From NCBI RefSeq assembly GCF_964194155.1, contig NC_135881.1, forward strand, positions 30,070,001 to 30,134,000: a DNA stretch of 64,000 nt, in the 5' to 3' direction. The translations under genes and the position numbers were made by a program. The notes beneath the pieces were generated by a model. It was not told the DNA's origin and did no database searches. It worked only from the letters and a program-made list of their open reading frames with translations. The DNA comes from Cetorhinus maximus (Eukaryota). The first letter of the stretch is position 1. Each line of letters starts with the position of its first letter. Shown here piece after piece: positions 50,201 to 61,479 of this stretch.

Positions 50201-51068
50201 GGAGTGAGGGTGTAGGCTGTGTTTTCAGGTGGAGGGAGGCTGTAGGGTTGTTTTGAGGCGGGAGGGAGGCTGTTCGGTATGTTTTGAGGTGGAATGAGTG
50301 TTGGGCTTGTTTTGAGGTGGAGGGAGCTGTAGGGAGTGTTTTGAGGTGCAGGGAGGGTCCAGGGGAGGATTTGAGGTGGATGGTGTTTTGAGGTGGAGGG
50401 AGGGTCTGGGGAGGTTTTGAGGTGCAGGGAGGGTCTGGGGAGGTTTTGAGGTGGATGGTGTTTTGAGGTGCAGGGAGGGTCTAGGAGAGGTTTTGAGGTG
50501 CAGGGAGGGTCTAGGAGAGGTTTTGAGGTGCAGGGAGGGTCTAGGAGAGGTTTTGAGGTGCAGGGAGGGTCTAAGGGGAGGTTTTGAGGTGCAGGGAGGG
50601 TCTAGGAGAGGTTTTGAGGTGGATGGTGTTTTGAGGTGCAGGGTCTAGGGGAGGTTTTGAGGTAGATGGTGTTTTGAGGTGCAGGGAGGGTCTAGGAGAG
50701 GTTTTGAGGTGCAGGGAGGGTCTGGGGAGGTTTTGAGGTGGATGGTGTTTTGAGGTGGAGGGAGGGTCTAGGGGAGGTTTTGAGGTGGAGGGAGGGTCTG
50801 GGGAGGTTTTGAGGTGGATGGTGTTTTGAGGTGCAGGGAGGGTCTAGGGGAGGTTTTGAGGTGGAGGGAGGGTCTAGGGGAGGTTTTGAGGCGGATGGTG
50901 TTTTGAGGTGGAGGGAGGGTCTAGGGGAGGTTTTGAGGTGGATGGTGTTTTGAGGTGCAGGGAGGGTCATGGGGAGGTTTTGAGGTGCAGGGAGGGTCAT
51001 GGGGAGGTTTTGAGGTGCAGGGAGGGTCTAGGGGAGGTTTTGAGGTGGACGGTGTTTTGAGGTGGAGG
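50200..51068. repeat. Composite minisatellite with 30-bp and 17-bp monomers
   Basis: Units TTTTGAGGTG(C/G)AGGGAGGGTCT(A/G)GG(A/G)GAGG and TTTTGAGGTGGATGGTG are interspersed. Confidence 0.95.
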
Positions 51069-51314
51069 CTGCTTCCTGCTGTTCTGGCCGCTGGCGGTGG
51101 GGGGCGCCGCCGGGCTCCTGTTGGCCGCTGTTGATGTGGAGCCGAGTCCGAGTGGGAATCGATCGCAAAGCCCGGAGCCCATCAGAGCCCCGTCAGTAAG
51201 AGCAGCAGCTCCGGGCGGCGGGGGGGAGGAGGAGGAGGAGGAGGAGGAAACGGGAACTCGACACTGGCCTGGCCGGCGGATAGTCCGGGGACAGACGAGC
51301 CGGGAGAACCGGAG
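51069..51314 (+). other. Probable non-coding first exon of an unidentified gene (start approximate)
   Basis: Consensus donor GAG|GTGAGT at 51314/51315 inside the CpG island. The only ATG (51134) opens a short closed uORF. Confidence 0.55.
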
Positions 51315-51591
51315 GTGAGTGCAGGGCAGGGTAGGGGAGGGGGTCCGGGCTGGGCTGGGCTGGTCCGGTCCGGTCCGGTCGGGTCCGGTGCGGGGAGCTG
51401 GGGGGCCGCTCGCTCGGTGCGGGAGCGGAGCCGGGAACATGGCGGCTCCTCTCCCTGTCGGTGCGGGCGGCCTCGCCTCTCGGGGTCACTCCCAGCGCCG
51501 GGGAGCGGCCGGGGGCTGAGGGAGGGAGGGAGGGAGAGAGAGTGAGGCTGCAGTCGGCGGCTAGGCCGATCCCATCCGGCCTTCCACCCCC

Positions 51592-51623
<32 letters not shown>

Positions 51624-51830
51624 TTGTTTTAATTATTTCACTTCAGTCTCTGTGGTTGGACATTAATTCCGCCCCCCCTCTATTTTCTCTGCGAAGCCCA
51701 ACTTGACGAGAAATTAATTTTTTTTTGGGGGGGGGGAGGTTGGATTGTCTGTCGCCGCCGTCCCTTTGGGATATTGGCGTGGCGGGGGTGGAAGGGGGGG
51801 TGGGGGGCGGTAGTGGTGTTTGAGGCGGGG
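51069..51830. promoter_or_regulatory. CpG island, probable host gene promoter and first-exon region
   Basis: The only non-TE CpG-dense stretch. Contains (GGA)n 51225-51248, GGTCC pentamers, a YY1-like AACATGGCGGC near 51436 and GC boxes. Confidence 0.8.
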
Positions 51831-52499
51831 ATTTGGAGGGGGTGGTCAGAGTAAAGCCAGATTCCAGGGAGCTGTGACCATTTAACGGGGTCACTTCTCT
51901 CAGGGGTTTTGATGGATGGATTGTTCCTTGCACATTAACCATATAGTTTTATAAAGCTGGCCCTCCTTCAAATCAACAGCTTAGCCCCAGTGTCTGTCTC
52001 TCTATCCATCTCCAGTGTGTGTGTGGGGTAGGCATTGCGTTTTGAACTACCTCCACCAAAATACCTTTACTGCCCTTGTTCCTAATATCTTGGCCACACT
52101 AGTATGGCAGTTTTGGGAGCTGGGGGAGAGGAGGGGGTGGGAAAGTCAATAATTCTGTATGCAATCTTGATTTTGTTTTTTTTAAAAAGTAATGGTAAAC
52201 ATGGTACTTTCGTTTAAGACAAGTGCTAGTGCTTTGGGTTTTGTATACAACTGGCTGGGAATTTTACAGTGAACAATTGATATTTATATGTATGCGTGAG
52301 TTTGAAAATTCATAATACTTTACATGTGTTGTACATGCAAAGACATTTAATAGTCTGTCAGGCATGCATAGTATTGCAGAATTAAAATATAGCCTTTGGT
52401 TTCTGCTGGGCATCGTGGCCTCATAAATTAAATGGAATATATCTTGCCTGTAGTTTTGAAGTCTAGGCTACTGTTTTACTTGTTGCTGATATGCTATCC

Positions 52500-53410
52500 T
52501 GACTCGCATGTGCTTTTAGTTGAACTGGTGTGCAGCAATTGGTTACTCTTATAATTCTTAAATCTATCTTTGCCCCCTTCTGTTTCTCATCTACATGATG
52601 CTCCTCTGCAGTATCATACAGAAACATACTGTCAAGTTCCACCATGTACACAGATGACACCGACCTCTATCTCTCTTGACCTCTCCATCACTTCTGTATA
52701 CCCACCGCCTTCTCAAAGGCAGTTAGGGATGAGTAACAGATGATGGCCTTGCCAGTGATGCTCACATCCTTTGAAATAATTTTAAGCAAAAGCCTGGAAT
52801 GAATTGCAAGTTTTTCTAATTAAACACTGGAATACCCAAAGCCTGTTCAGCCCCTACCACAAACTCTTTCTTTGCAAACAATTCTGTCCCCTTCCCTAGA
52901 CACTGTCTCAGGCTTTACAGAACCTTGGCATCCTATTTGACCCTGAGCTGAGCTTCCAACCCCACATCATATCCATCAGAAACAGCCCCAACTTTCACCT
53001 TCCCTTTCTGCCTCTGCTTAACAGCTGCCTATATCCTCATCTATGCTTTTGTTACCTCCAGATGCACCTATTTCTGGCTAGCCTTCCTCCTTCCACCCTT
53101 CATAAACTTGAGTTCTCAAGTTCTGTCTGTATTCTAACCTGCAGCAAATTCCACTCCTCCGTGGTGCCTACATTTGCCCCTGGTCCACCAACACAAATTT
53201 AAAATTCTCATCCTCTTGTGAAGTCCCTTCAGGGGCTTGTCCCTCCCTATCTTTGAAACCTCCTTCAGCCTTACAATCCTCCAACACTGCACTGTGCCTT
53301 TAGCTGTCTAGATGTTAAACTCTGAAATTTCCTCCCTAAATATCTCTCTACATCCTTTTTGTCTCATTACACTGAAGCACTTTGGGATGTTTACCAATGT
53401 TAGAGTTGCT
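52500..53410 (+). mobile_element. Degenerate L2 LINE 3' part
   Basis: ATGTACACAGATGACAC (YADD-like), AACCTTGGCATCCTATTTGACCCTGAG, TTTAAAATTCTCATCCT and an L2 tail. Similar to 45580-46090 in reverse. Confidence 0.7.
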
Positions 53411-53508
53411 ATTTAAAGGTGGGCTTTGGAATCAGCCGCTGCCTGATTTGAATACAATATAACCCATTCATGTTGCAATTAATGATACATCCATCTCGGT
53501 TAGTTGCT

Positions 53509-53610
53509 ATTCTGTTGAAGAGTCATACGGACTCGAAACGTTAACTGTGTTCCTCTCTGCAGATGCTGTCAGACCTGCTGAGTTTTTCCAGCTATTTTTA
53601 TTTTTGTTTT
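53509..53610 (+). mobile_element. Short Penelope-derived insert (102 bp) with hammerhead-like motif
   Basis: Perfect 11-bp TSD GGTTAGTTGCT (53498-53508, 53611-53621). Core CTGTTGA-A-GAGTC-atacg-GACTC-GAAA-CGTT-AACT. Confidence 0.85.
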
Positions 53611-55800
53611 GGTTAGTTGCTTTACGCTGATACCAATTTGAGTGTGTTACATGCAAGTAGAAGGCTGTATATCAAATGTCTCTGTTCTGCCCATCTCTCA
53701 CCTTGCATTGTGCACTGCCATCAGCCAGGTAGCCCTGCAGAGAGCATCAAGTGGTGTCGCAAATCCAACTTCTCGTGTTTCTCTGACTGAATGTAATGTT
53801 AAACACCTAAACTCAACATATTTAAGGAACCACATTTAGAATCATAGCATCTTACGGCACAAATTTTCTCCAGTTCTAGTTACGATTTGAATTTGCTTAC
53901 TCCAGTTTGCCATCATTGTTGATAAGTGCTTAAATTGTAAAAATTCAATAAATTATGGCTTAAAATAGATGATTAAAGTCAGAACTTGGGATTTGCTGGA
54001 TTATAAAAGACCAAGTCTCATCTAGTTCACTCTGTCATCTTGGTGGTTGCAGGATACGCCAATTATTGTCTAAGTGCACAGCAGTCAGCCTTGGTTAGTT
54101 TACAACAGGCCCAAACGTGACGCAGGGAAAACCCCAGAGGTGGAGAGCATTTGGAGAATCATAAAGTTACCTGCTCCTCCCAATCACGCTACACTTACCA
54201 CACACCATGTCTTGTCGTTTTAGGTCAGATATTTGAGGTGCTTTGACTCCGAACCTGCTGGATGGATTTCTATTTTTGACCATGCATTGCTATAGATTTT
54301 TCCCTTGCAAAGATGTCAAAGAATGTTGTTGCTTTCTGTCCAACAATACATTGCTTGAGAATCAAACCTTTACCAAGGGCAAAATCGCATTATGCAATCC
54401 AATGGTTTTTGTGAGTTTATGAAATGAAGGTAATAGTACAATCAAAAGGCAGGTAGATCCATTCAGGCAAAGAGGCAATCTTTATTTAACTTTACAGGTA
54501 AAATGCAACGGGCAAGGTCAGAAAAGATTTTGAAATTTGCTCTTGATTTTTGAGGCTATTATCTCAATGCGTCAACCTTCAAAAGTAGCGCTGAGGTGAT
54601 GCCAGCAATACTAGTTTTATGTAATCTGCTCAAGACTAGGTATGTAAGTGTCTTTTAAAGGTTTTTATTTTTTTATAATTGTATTCATGATTTTCTTAAA
54701 CTTGAAACCTTAGCTCAGAATATGCTGTATAATTGGCAGCTTTATAACATTTTGCCTTATAGGTTTTGTGTGATTCTTTGGTGCTGATTCTGCATATGGA
54801 CCAGGCAATATCTGATTTATTTGGGTGTTGTGTGATCCAGCCAGTGTGTTGAATCCAGTAAGAAAGTGAACTCAGGATAAGGTACCCGTTTGTTGTATGA
54901 AAACAAAGGCTTCTGGGATGACTTTTAATTGGATTGCGTTTAGAATATTAATTTTCTGTGAAGTATATTTTGCATCCATAAATTGAGAAGTGTTTGCGTT
55001 AGTTTTACATAATGGATGTAGTAAGGAATTGGTTGGGTGAGGAGTATAAAGTCAATTGTGATTGCACAGAAAGGAGAGAATCAAGCTGGGAAGTATGTAA
55101 CTCCACCAGGTGAATGGCAGCAAGGTAGGTAGTCATGTATATTTTTCAATATTAGCTTCAGGACTTGTGCAAGTCAAAAAATACTGCTGTAAATCTCATT
55201 AGTGTTGAAAAAGCTGAATAATGCATTTGTTTTTTTGATAGAATTGCATGGTGATGAGCCTAGGAATAGTGGGTTTCAAACAACGTATATTTTATTATAT
55301 AACTTTCACGCATAAGAACGGGTAGACAGCAGAACTTAAAGGGATGCAATATGCGGATTGGAACATACGACTGAAGACTTCCTAAAATATGGTGGGATGA
55401 AACAGTGGAGGCAATTAAAGGGTACCTTGAAAACAATTACTGGGTGTCTGTATGTGCTTGTGGGGAGGGGACAAAAACTGTGTGGGTGAGGTGGGGGTCA
55501 GTGTTGTTGGGAGGTGAGGTCTCAGTGTTAGGGAGGTGGATATGGGGGTATGAAGATTTTGTGAACAGAATGACTTCATGTTTGCCAATGCTGACTGATT
55601 TTTTTTTAAAGTTTCAGCTTAACTCATAACTTGATACCAAATGAGCATTCAGATTGGACAGCAGCAGCCTGTGGTTTTGGAAAAGGGAGGTCATGCCCAA
55701 TAGGGACCAGCAAAGAGATAACTGACCAGATGATCTGTTCTTTTTAGTGGTGCTGTTTGAGAGGTAAATATTGACCAGGATGACAAAGTATACTTTAGGA

Positions 55801-55898
55801 AGAAACAAAAAATGCTGGAAAAACTCAGCAGGTCTGACAGCATCTGTGGAGTGAAAGACAGAGTTAACGTTTCGAGTCCCTATGACTTTTCTTCAGAG
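55801..55898 (-). mobile_element. Short Penelope-derived insert with hammerhead-like motif
   Basis: Minus strand reads CTGAAGA-A-AAGTC-atagg-GACTC-GAAA-CGTT-AACTC...GATGCTGTCAGACCTGCTGAG. Imperfect TSD TTAGGAAGAAA/TTAGAAAGAAA. Confidence 0.78.
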
Positions 55899-56519
55899 CC
55901 TTAGAAAGAAATTGTATTGGGCTAGAAGTGTGGCTGTGCAGGTGAGGTTTCCGTACAAAATGCGCTGGGTCATGTTGACTTTAAGCTCTGTTTCAAATAC
56001 AATGCATAATAAGCCTTTGTGTAACTTCCTCCCTGCAAAATAAATCTCATACTTTCCTTTGAATTCTGCAGTGATGAGCTGCCTACAGTCAATATAATAC
56101 CTCCAACATTTCATGTTTAATGGAACACTAATATTTAGGATGCATAGTCCTGAATAAAGCAGTGTGTCTCTTCCTGTTAGCCAGCCTAGTTTGAAAACTG
56201 GAGGATCCTAATCATGTAAAACAACTGCCAGCTTCCTATCATGGGATGTAGAGTCTCAGCTCAGTAAGCATGATTGCAGCAGTTATGAAGGATACAAATT
56301 CTGATACTTAAAACTGGAAAGTTGTTGAGATGCTAGTACTGTATTCAAAGCTGGAACCCACTGAGTGTATTTACCTTTTGCTGTCGCAGTTAATGACATC
56401 ACTTGAATTCCCCTGAATGTGTCACAACCCCATTGCATACTTACAGCTACTGTTAATTATCCATCCACTTTTTAAAATTGATTTATTTTTTGTGCCTGTG
56501 TATCTCTGGTTATCAACTT

Positions 56520-56760
56520 TGTTCAACATTGGCTTCCAAGGCCCAATGCTCTGGAATTCCCTCCTGATACTTTTTCACCTGCCTTCCTCTCTCCTTCCTT
56601 TAAGATGCTCCTCTAAAACCTACTTCTTTAACCAAGCTATTGGTCATCTGCCCTGATAGCTCCTTCTATGGCTTGCTTTCAAGTTTTGTTTGATAACGTT
56701 CCTGTGAAAAGCCTTGGAACATTTTACAACATTAAAGACACTATATAAATATGGATTGTT
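56520..56760 (+). mobile_element. L2 LINE 3' end fragment
   Basis: GPMLWNSL..KTYFFNQA and tail TTTACAACATTAAAGACACTATATAAAT. Confidence 0.65.
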
Positions 56761-59180
56761 GTGTTCAAAAAGTCACTGTTGAGGAATTGAAGCATTTTTC
56801 CCCCGCCTTTTTTCCCCTTGCAGTTGTACTGACTGGGAAAAGGTTGGAATGGCAATTTTCTTTTCCTAGCCCATGTAATTATTAGCTTTCTCTTTTTTCC
56901 TTCTTTGCCCCATCCATGAAGTGCTTCAGAGGCCACTTTTTCAATGCCTTCCTGCCTGCCCTAGTGCTAGCTTGTCTGCCTGATTGTTCAGTTCCACAAC
57001 CTGTGTGCTTCTCAGAAGCCCCAAGTGCTCCCTGCTCCATCCCAGGAAAGTCTGGAGACCAAGTGGACTCAAGAAATCTTGGACACACGGTGGGGGTGGT
57101 GTTTAGCACATTGAGCTGCAGAGGTACAGGAAGCTGGGAGAGGACTGGGTTTCACTATGAAGATACCAGAGGTTATATTAGAAAGTGGATTGGATTTTGA
57201 ACATACTGGAAGGGGAGATGGAAAGTTAAAGGATGCTGAATGTGGGCTTGGAAGCAAATGGGACACAGGTCTTGACTCCTGTCCCACTACCGTGACTTTC
57301 CTCGATCCCACTTCAATAACCCAAGACTCACTGCATATACTTTACTGTCCATTCGTCTCTCCACTTTATGTATGCTTCACAGCCCTCATCGTGCTCCGAC
57401 ATCCAGGTCATGGGTACGAGCACCTCTCACAATCTTGTCCCAACATATTCCGTATTAAAAAACTTCATTCACTGCTAAATACCATGACTCAACTTTTTCA
57501 TTCAATGTAATTTAATTTTTTATTTAATTCTATTCTTCACCATTTGATTTTTTATTAACTTCTTTCTTTTCACCTCGTGGCTTTTGTTTTGTGCAAAAGG
57601 GACATAATTATACACCCTATTTTACTATGCAATCATCCCCTCAAACAGCACAAAATGTACAATTGTATATAGAATTTGAGCCTGAAAGTGCCACTTAAAC
57701 TTCCACAATCCTCTATCAATAATAACTTATTCAGTTAGTATAGATTAATGTCCAGATTTGTAAATTAAAATAGACAACACAATATATCCCTAGACTCACT
57801 GTGAACAATGCTACAAGAAACCTGCTGGTGTATCTATTGTTGTTCATGTCCACAGATCTATCTCACTGTTGTCACCAATTTTGGTCGTATTTTTGTGCAC
57901 ATTTGTGCTAACTGCTATGCGTAGTCTAGTTTCATGGAGCAATCTTCTCTCCCTCTGTCTTCTGTGTATTGGAAAAATTGTACATTGACTAAGGGGCTGT
58001 AGGCCTTGTTGTTGACAATTTACTTATGTATAATGTTCACTGCCTGACCACATAAGCTGTAATACAGGAAGTAAGGTTATTGAGTCATGCTTTTTATTTC
58101 AGCATCTTAGAATAGTAAATCCTGACTTGGGCTTTTCCTGTTTAGTCTGTAATTGGAATCCTCACTGCATAAACTGCCCAAGTCAAGCTGCCATTTTGTT
58201 TAACTTTCATTTTTTTCAATACATCACTTTTTTTTAGTGTGCAGGGTGATTGCCAATTTTTGGGGTAATAGGACACCATACTTCACCTATTCATTTTGTG
58301 GCTGCCTGATACTGTCTTCAGGTCATTACCTAATCACTGCTCAAGTCCTGCCTCCTTTTCTCTGTACTAAAGCACTGGTCTCCAGCCTAGTGCTCAGGCC
58401 TATCTATGTGACCCATTTCGGGTAGCCAAATTTGCATTGAGGCTGCATCCTACCAGCACCCCCCGCCGGCCCAGTTTAGTAGTGTTTCGGTTGTGTACTT
58501 GGTTATCCTGCAGTCGCTGACCACCTTGTTGTGCTCAGCGTCAATTACCTTTAAAACTTCTAAAATGGAGCCTTCAACCCACACCTCCATTCCACTGCTC
58601 TTTCTCCGCCATCCCCCACCATGTGCACATACTCTACCTTGATAAATAGTGTGAAATAGCAAAGTGCGCTGGTGCTGGGGGAATTGAGGTGATCTTCTGA
58701 CTTAAACCAAAGAGAAATGCATGTCATCTTGCTGAAATAATATGTAATTTTAAAAACTTTTTCCTGAATTTGTGTACCAAGCCATCGTCATTAATTGGCT
58801 GCTTCATTATTTCACCATAGTTGCCTGTTTCTTTTTTGTCCGCCCCTTGACTCACTGATGTGTAAGACATCAAAAACTGACTTATAGTCGGGGAGTCCGA
58901 TAAGCTTCTGCTACTGTGGATTGAAGACTTTTAACTCTTGAAGTATTTAATGTCCACTTGAAAAAGGCTGCCTATTTATTCAAAAACGAGTGCTGAGTTA
59001 AAGGTTGGGGGTGGGGGTGGGGGAGAGAAATGCACGTGATGTATTAAGAGTTATAGTGGTTGCATGAGGACAGCTGAGATTCACTGCCATCAGGGACCGT
59101 GAGACAGGAGTAAGATTTATTTTATTCAGTAATGTAAACTCGGATCACGTGCACATTATTAAAAGGAGGCCCTTAAATAG

Positions 59181-60206
59181 GTACTGATTTACGGCACAGT
59201 AGGGAGTGGAAAATCTCTGGCTCCCAGCTTCTAAGGACAACAGTGGCTTACACTGGAGGTTTTATTACCCAGTCTGTGTTCACCCTGGGATAAAGTTTCC
59301 ACTGTAAACAAGACTGCCAAAGTGTGAAGAAAAACTGTGTGAAGGTGCATGTAAAACAAAGTAAAATGGGGTGAGATTGTGTGACAGGACAAAGCTGAGG
59401 TAAGGAAGATTAAATCAAAATAATTCAAACAAGCTCTAAAATTTACAACTTTTATTAACCTGACAGAGTAACAAATATTTATCATAAATCCCATTTTGAT
59501 TTTAAAAATGTCTTGCTGTCTGTGAAACAAGGAAACTATTTAGAATTTTTAAAAGAATAGTAGCTTTGAATTTAAGAACTACTTATTCACTGTTCTCGCT
59601 CTCTGACCAAAGGATATAGCAAATCTATACTGAATGGGTTTTTTCTGCTTTCATTCAGCAGTGCCTCCAACAAAAAGGTTAGATTCCTGAGGGTGGAGGA
59701 AATACTAACAAGGTTTTGGATAAGGTTGTCACCAATCAACAAGTGCCCTTCATGCACAGCTACTTAAAGTAGTCAGTAAAATCAGTCATATTCTTGCCTC
59801 TATCTTTAGGAAATTATTTGAGAGTTGAGAATAGTAAATGAGGATTGAAAAGTAGTTTGTGTGACCCCAAGGTGACATGAACAGCTTGAGGAATTAAGGA
59901 GCCAGTCAACCAAACATCTGTTTTTGGTATATAATTACAACACATCTCTAAAAGAGACACTTGGATAATATGATGTAGAAGAAGGAAGTTAGCATGGACT
60001 AAAGGGAGGGAGATCTTGTCCAATGTATTTACTGGAATTCTTTGAGGAAATTATAACTGGATCAACACTGTGGCTACAAAAGCAGGTGAGAGGCTGAGAA
60101 TTCTGCAGTGAGTAATTCACCTGCAGTGAGTAATTCACCTCCAGTGTTGTCCTTAGAAGCTGGGAGCCAGAGATTTTTCACTCCCTACTATGCTGTAAAT
60201 CAGTAC
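59181..60206. repeat. 62-bp inverted repeat (59181-59242 and 60145-60206)
   Basis: Manual ungapped alignment gives 59/62 matches. Confidence 0.9.
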
Positions 60207-60630
60207 TCCTCAGAGCCTGTCTACCATCTGCAAGCCACGGTGATGAGTGAAGCAGCCTGCTTGATTTACACCTCATCTGCTACCTATGTACCATCTACAT
60301 GATACACTGCAGCAATTCTCTAAGGCTCTTTCAACAGCAGCTTCAAGACCCACAATCTCTAATACCTATAAGGACATGGCGGGCAGCAGACACATGAGAA
60401 GCATAAGTTCACCTCAAAGTCGTGCACTATCCTGACTTGGAACTATATCACCATTCCTTTACTGTTGCTGAGTCAAAACTCCTTTCTTAACAGCTTTTAT
60501 GGGTGTACCTACACCAGGTGAACTGTAGCAGTTCAAGAAGGTGACTCCCCACTACCTTCTCGAGAGCAATTAGGGCGGGCAATAAATGCTGCCCTTGCCA
60601 GTGACACTCATCCCATGAATGAATTTTTTT
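60060..60630 (+). mobile_element. CR1/L2-group LINE 3' fragment (same family as 63040-64000)
   Basis: INTVATKAG.RL.IL and tail GGGCAATAAATGCTGCCCTTGCCAGTGAC..CCCATGAATGAA. Confidence 0.78.
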
Positions 60631-60684
60631 TAAAAAATGATCCCCTGACAGCAGAAATTCTTTCACTATGATTTAGATTTTATA

Positions 60685-60990
60685 GAATCATAGGATGATA
60701 ACAGCCCAGAGGAGACGATTCGACCTGTCCATGTTGGCTCTCTGCAAGAGATATGAAATATTCGGCTAGCTCCGCTCCTTGCCTTTTCCCTGTCACACTG
60801 CAGGTTTTTTTTCTCTCTTCAGGTAATTATCCAATTCCCTTCTAAAAACCACAATTGAATCTCCCTCCATCTTGATCTTGGACAGTGCATTCCAGATCCA
60901 CACCATTTGCTGCGCAAAAAATAAAAGGTTTTCCTCATATCGCCACTGGTTCCTTAGCCAGTCACCTGAAATTGGTGTCCTCTGGTTTTT
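60685..60990 (-). mobile_element. CR1 3' end fragment, degenerate
   Basis: TAGAATCATAG tail, CAGTGCATTCCAGA (WNAL reversed) and CCTCTGGTT (TRG reversed). Confidence 0.55.
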
Positions 60991-61479
60991 GACTTGGATG
61001 CCATGTCACTTGAGCAATAAGCCCACAAGATTGGAAGGCATGGAATAGCCTGGCTAAACCAGAGAAAGAGAAGAGTGGTTGTGATGGAGCAGTGTTGATA
61101 CAATAAGGGGCAGCTAGCTGGTTCCACAGGAATCCGTGCTGGGCCCAGTGCTACTTAGTGTTTTATGGGTGAAACTGTGAACAGAAACAAAAGCTGAATT
61201 TGCAAATTACACCACTCTTATTTTGAAAATGTGCACAGCCAAATTTGAAGAGGCAAACCAAGTTCAGAGGGCGCTGGATACAATGGAAAGGTGGGCTGAT
61301 GGCAGATAGTATCTGCTGTGGTCAAATGCAAATTAAGGCGCGTAGATCAGGAACATCATCATTGGAAACGCAAACTAAGTGGATTTGGATTACAGGACAT
61401 TAGATGTATCTTTCACTATTCATGGACACTTTGTTGAAATTAGCAGTAAGCAAGCGGCAATTGTAAGGACAGCAAACCA

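Noticed and set aside
50200-51068. Repeat array with alternating units resembling CRISPR; repetitive ORFs 50451-50648 and 50692-51000
   Set aside because: No unique spacers, no cas genes, vertebrate context. The ORFs are just translations of the minisatellite.
55251-55374. C/D-box snoRNA (GTGATGA...CTGA)
   Set aside because: No convincing terminal stem or recognisable rRNA guide, and such motifs occur by chance.
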